A DNA stretch of 64,000 nt, from positions 2,963 to 66,962 of the forward strand of contig CACZUZ010000008.1 in NCBI GenBank assembly GCA_902784465.1, written 5' to 3'. Below, in pieces: positions 61,646 to 64,000 of the stretch. The notes beneath the pieces were generated by a model, which saw only the letters and a program-made list of their open reading frames with translations, ran no database searches and was not told the DNA's origin. A program made the translations under genes and the position numbers. Every line of letters starts with the position of its first letter. Within the stretch, counting starts at the first letter, position 1. This stretch comes from an uncultured Bacteroidota bacterium. GTDB lineage: Bacteria; Bacteroidota; Bacteroidia; Bacteroidales; P3.

Positions 61646-63001
61646 CTAAGCTTGGATAGCCATAGAGGTGCGGCCTTTGATGCGGCCGGTCTTGGTAAGA
61701 CCGTCGTAGTGGCGCATGAGGAGATGGCTCTCAATCTGCTGCAAGGTGTCGAGGATGACGCCAACCATAATGAGGAGGGAGGTGCCACCGTAGAACTGAG
61801 CGAACTGGGTGTTGACACCGAACAGGCGGATGATAGCTGGGAGGATAGCGACAATGGCGAGGAAGAAAGAGCCGGGAAGAGTGACCTTGGAGAGGATGTC
61901 CTCGAGGTACTCGGCGGTTTTCTTGCCAGGCTTGACGCCAGGGATGAAACCACCGTTCTTCTTCATGTCTTCAGCCATCTGGTTGGGGTTGATGGCGATG
62001 GCAGTGTAGAAATAGGTGAAGAGGATAACAAGTATAGCGAACACGAGGTTGTACCAGAAACCGTTGTAGTCGGCGAAGGCCAAGGCGAACTTGGAGGGGG
62101 TGTTGTTGTTGAAGCCCATGAAAGTGATGGGGATGAACATGATAGCCTGAGCAAAGATGATAGGCATAACACCGGCAGCATTGACCTTGATGGGGATATA
62201 CTGACGGACACCGCCGTACTGCTTGTTGCCGACGACACGCTTGGCATACTGCACAGGAATACGACGAGTACCCTGGACAAGGAGGATGACCAAGAGGATG
62301 ACAGCGAGGAGAACAACGATTTCGAAGAGGAACATCACGAGTCCACCGCTCTCGGTGAGGCGAGCCATAAACTCGGCTGCGAGAGCGAAGGGAAGACGGG
62401 CGATGATACCAACCATGATGAGGAGAGAGATACCGTTGCCGACACCCTTATCGGTGATACGCTCACCCATCCACATGACGAAGAGGGTGCCGCAGATAAG
62501 GATGATGATACTTGAAATCCAGAAGAAGGTAGAAGGGCCAGTGCCATCGAAGGGGTGAAGAGCCGTGGCGGAACCCTGGAGCTGGTACATCATGTTGGTG
62601 ATGTAAGCAGGGGCCTGGAAACCGGTGATTGCCACAGTAAGGATACGTGTAATCTGGTTCATTTTGCGACGACCACTTTCACCGTCACGCTGCAGTTTCT
62701 GGAAATAGGGTACAACCATGACAAACAACTGTATCACGATGGATGCGGTGATGTAAGGCATGATACCCAAGGCGAAAATGGAAGCGTTGGAGAAAGCACC
62801 ACCCGAAAACATGTTCAACAAACCCAACAGACCCTCAGAGCCCTGTTTCTGGAGGGCACCAAGCTGAGAGGGGTCGACACCAGGAAGGACGACATAGGAG
62901 CCAATGCGGTATACCAGCACCAAACCGAGGGTGTAGAGAATACGTTTGCGGAGGTCCTCAATCGACCAAATATTCTTGAGTGTCTGGATAAATCTCTTCA
63001 T
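61646..63001 (-). CDS. secY: preprotein translocase subunit SecY
   Basis: 451 aa with 10 TM segments and the conserved FALGIMPYITASI and GGTSLLI motifs. Confidence 0.96.
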   Translation of the reverse strand: MKRFIQTLKNIWSIEDLRKRILYTLGLVLVYRIGSYVVLPGVDPSQLGALQKQGSEGLLGLLNMFSGGAFSNASIFALGIMPYITASIVIQLFVMVVPYFQKLQRDGESGRRKMNQITRILTVAITGFQAPAYITNMMYQLQGSATALHPFDGTGPSTFFWISSIIILICGTLFVMWMGERITDKGVGNGISLLIMVGIIARLPFALAAEFMARLTESGGLVMFLFEIVVLLAVILLVILLVQGTRRIPVQYAKRVVGNKQYGGVRQYIPIKVNAAGVMPIIFAQAIMFIPITFMGFNNNTPSKFALAFADYNGFWYNLVFAILVILFTYFYTAIAINPNQMAEDMKKNGGFIPGVKPGKKTAEYLEDILSKVTLPGSFFLAIVAILPAIIRLFGVNTQFAQFYGGTSLLIMVGVILDTLQQIESHLLMRHYDGLTKTGRIKGRTSMAIQA

Positions 63002-63085
63002 AGATAAGTTAAAAATTAACTGATTATCAGATTGACAGATAATCGGAGTGCCCTAAATGGCACCCGATTATCTGACAGTCAATTA

Positions 63086-63535
63086 TTATTCGATTACGGT
63101 AGCGGAACCACCTTTGTCCTCGATAGCCTTCTTGGCGGTAGCCGAGAAAGCGTGGGCAGTGACGTTGATAGTCTTGTTGAGCTCTCCACGACCCAGGATC
63201 TTGATTTTGTCATGGGAAGAGATAAGACCGTTCTGTTTGAAAACATCGAGGTTGAAGTCGGTGATGTTCTTGGCCTCAGCAAGGCTGTTGAGAAGGTCAA
63301 TGTTGATGCCGACGTATTCAACGCGGTTGAAATTCTTGAAGCCGAACTTCGGGACACGGCGATACAGAGGCATCTGACCGCCCTCGTAACCCACCTTGGC
63401 ATGGTAGCCGGAGCGAGCCTTTGCACCCTTGTTACCACGAGTGGAGGTACCGCCCTTGCCAGAACCGGCACCGCGGCCGATGCGTTTTGAGTGCTTGATG
63501 GAACCCTCAGCGGGTTTAAGATTGCTTAAGTTCAT
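63086..63535 (-). CDS. rplO: 50S ribosomal protein L15
   Basis: 149 aa. It begins MNLSNLKPA.GS and has R.GRG.GSG.G.T..RG.KG. Confidence 0.95.
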   Translation of the reverse strand: MNLSNLKPAEGSIKHSKRIGRGAGSGKGGTSTRGNKGAKARSGYHAKVGYEGGQMPLYRRVPKFGFKNFNRVEYVGINIDLLNSLAEAKNITDFNLDVFKQNGLISSHDKIKILGRGELNKTINVTAHAFSATAKKAIEDKGGSATVIE

Positions 63536-63570
63536 TATTATTTCCTTTCTAAGTTACAGTGTTACACGGA

Positions 63571-63756
63571 TTAGATTTCTTCAACGGTTACGAGGTGTTT
63601 GACCTTGTTGATCATACCGAGCACCTGGGGGGTGGCGACCACCTCGCGGGTGTGGTTGATTCTGCGAAGACCGAGAGCCTCGAGAGTGCGTTTCTGGTCG
63701 ATAGGATGACCTATTTTGCTTCTTACCTGTTTAATTCTGAGTTTTTTTTCTGCCAT
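63571..63756 (-). CDS. rpmD: 50S ribosomal protein L30
   Basis: 61 aa. It has I.Q..S.IG....Q..TL.ALGL. Confidence 0.93.
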   Translation of the reverse strand: MAEKKLRIKQVRSKIGHPIDQKRTLEALGLRRINHTREVVATPQVLGMINKVKHLVTVEEI

Positions 63757-63775
63757 GATAAAAGTCTCCTATAAA

Positions 63776-64000
63776 TTAGCCGTTAAACACTTTGTCGAGA
63801 GAAATACCTCTGAGCTGAGCCACCATATAAGGATCCTTCATCTGGAGCAGTGCGTTGATGGTAGCCTTGACGACACTGTGGGGATTGGAGGAGCCCTTGC
63901 ACTTGGCGAGCACGTCCTTCACGCCAACGCTCTCGAGGACGGCACGCATAGCACCACCGGCGATGACACCGGTACCGGGAGCAGCGGGTTTCAGGAAGAC
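63776..64000 (-). CDS. rpsE: 30S ribosomal protein S5 (C-terminal part; gene continues beyond the window)
   Basis: The minus strand ends ..[11 protein letters not shown]-stop at 63776. The upstream part reads [33 protein letters not shown], typical of S5. Confidence 0.85.
   Translation of the reverse strand, partial: VFLKPAAPGTGVIAGGAMRAVLESVGVKDVLAKCKGSSNPHSVVKATINALLQMKDPYMVAQLRGISLDKVFNG

Noticed and set aside
61580-62515. 311-aa acidic ORF antisense to secY
   Set aside because: It is a shadow ORF. The secY frame is unambiguous.

Overview
This 64-kb window comes from a GC-rich Bacteroidota chromosome that looks Bacteroidales-like. Supporting signs are gldD/gldH, a T9SS-type C-terminal sorting signal, exbB-exbD-tonB, TAnnTTTG-type promoter boxes and A-rich leaders without Shine-Dalgarno sequences. 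Most of the window is housekeeping DNA. It holds tRNA-Ser(GGA), a TrmH-family methyltransferase, hldD, gldD, eno, thiL, pcm, holB, a PSP1/RicT-like gene, gldH, PBP1A, rlmN and pyrBI. It also holds an ECF sigma/anti-sigma/Spy-like/LTD cluster, exbB-exbD-tonB, a C10 protease, a P-loop plus MutS-related ATPase pair, ptb, an outer-membrane barrel, two inverted WG-repeat paralogues, queCDE and mutT. The right end carries small accessory enzymes, a truncated CfxA-like beta-lactamase, a MerR/GyrI regulator and the rpsE..rplQ end of the spc/alpha ribosomal operons. The stand-out is a visibly AT-rich island of about 10 kb (about 33.39-43.58 kb). It is bounded by a truncated GNAT gene and the 3' end of mutT, and it has no integrase or transposase. 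It carries RhuM, a RhuM remnant, a DUF1016/YhcG nuclease, a decayed DUF4143 ATPase and, as the main candidate for an undescribed system, a three-gene restriction-like module. That module is an McrB-type GTPase, a translationally coupled Schlafen/AlbA_2-HATPase_c_4-wHTH protein, a 190-bp spacer made of ~76-bp tandem repeats, and a double-sized LlaJI/McrC-like nuclease with a ~450-aa uncharacterised C-terminal half. No methyltransferase is present. A second, window-wide oddity is that short intergenic spacers are built from stuttered 7-14-nt words, and some identical words recur at unlinked loci. One 8-nt stutter sits inside the MutS-like CDS. No rRNA, CRISPR array, transposase or integrase was seen. 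All family calls come from motif recognition by eye, since no searches could be run.
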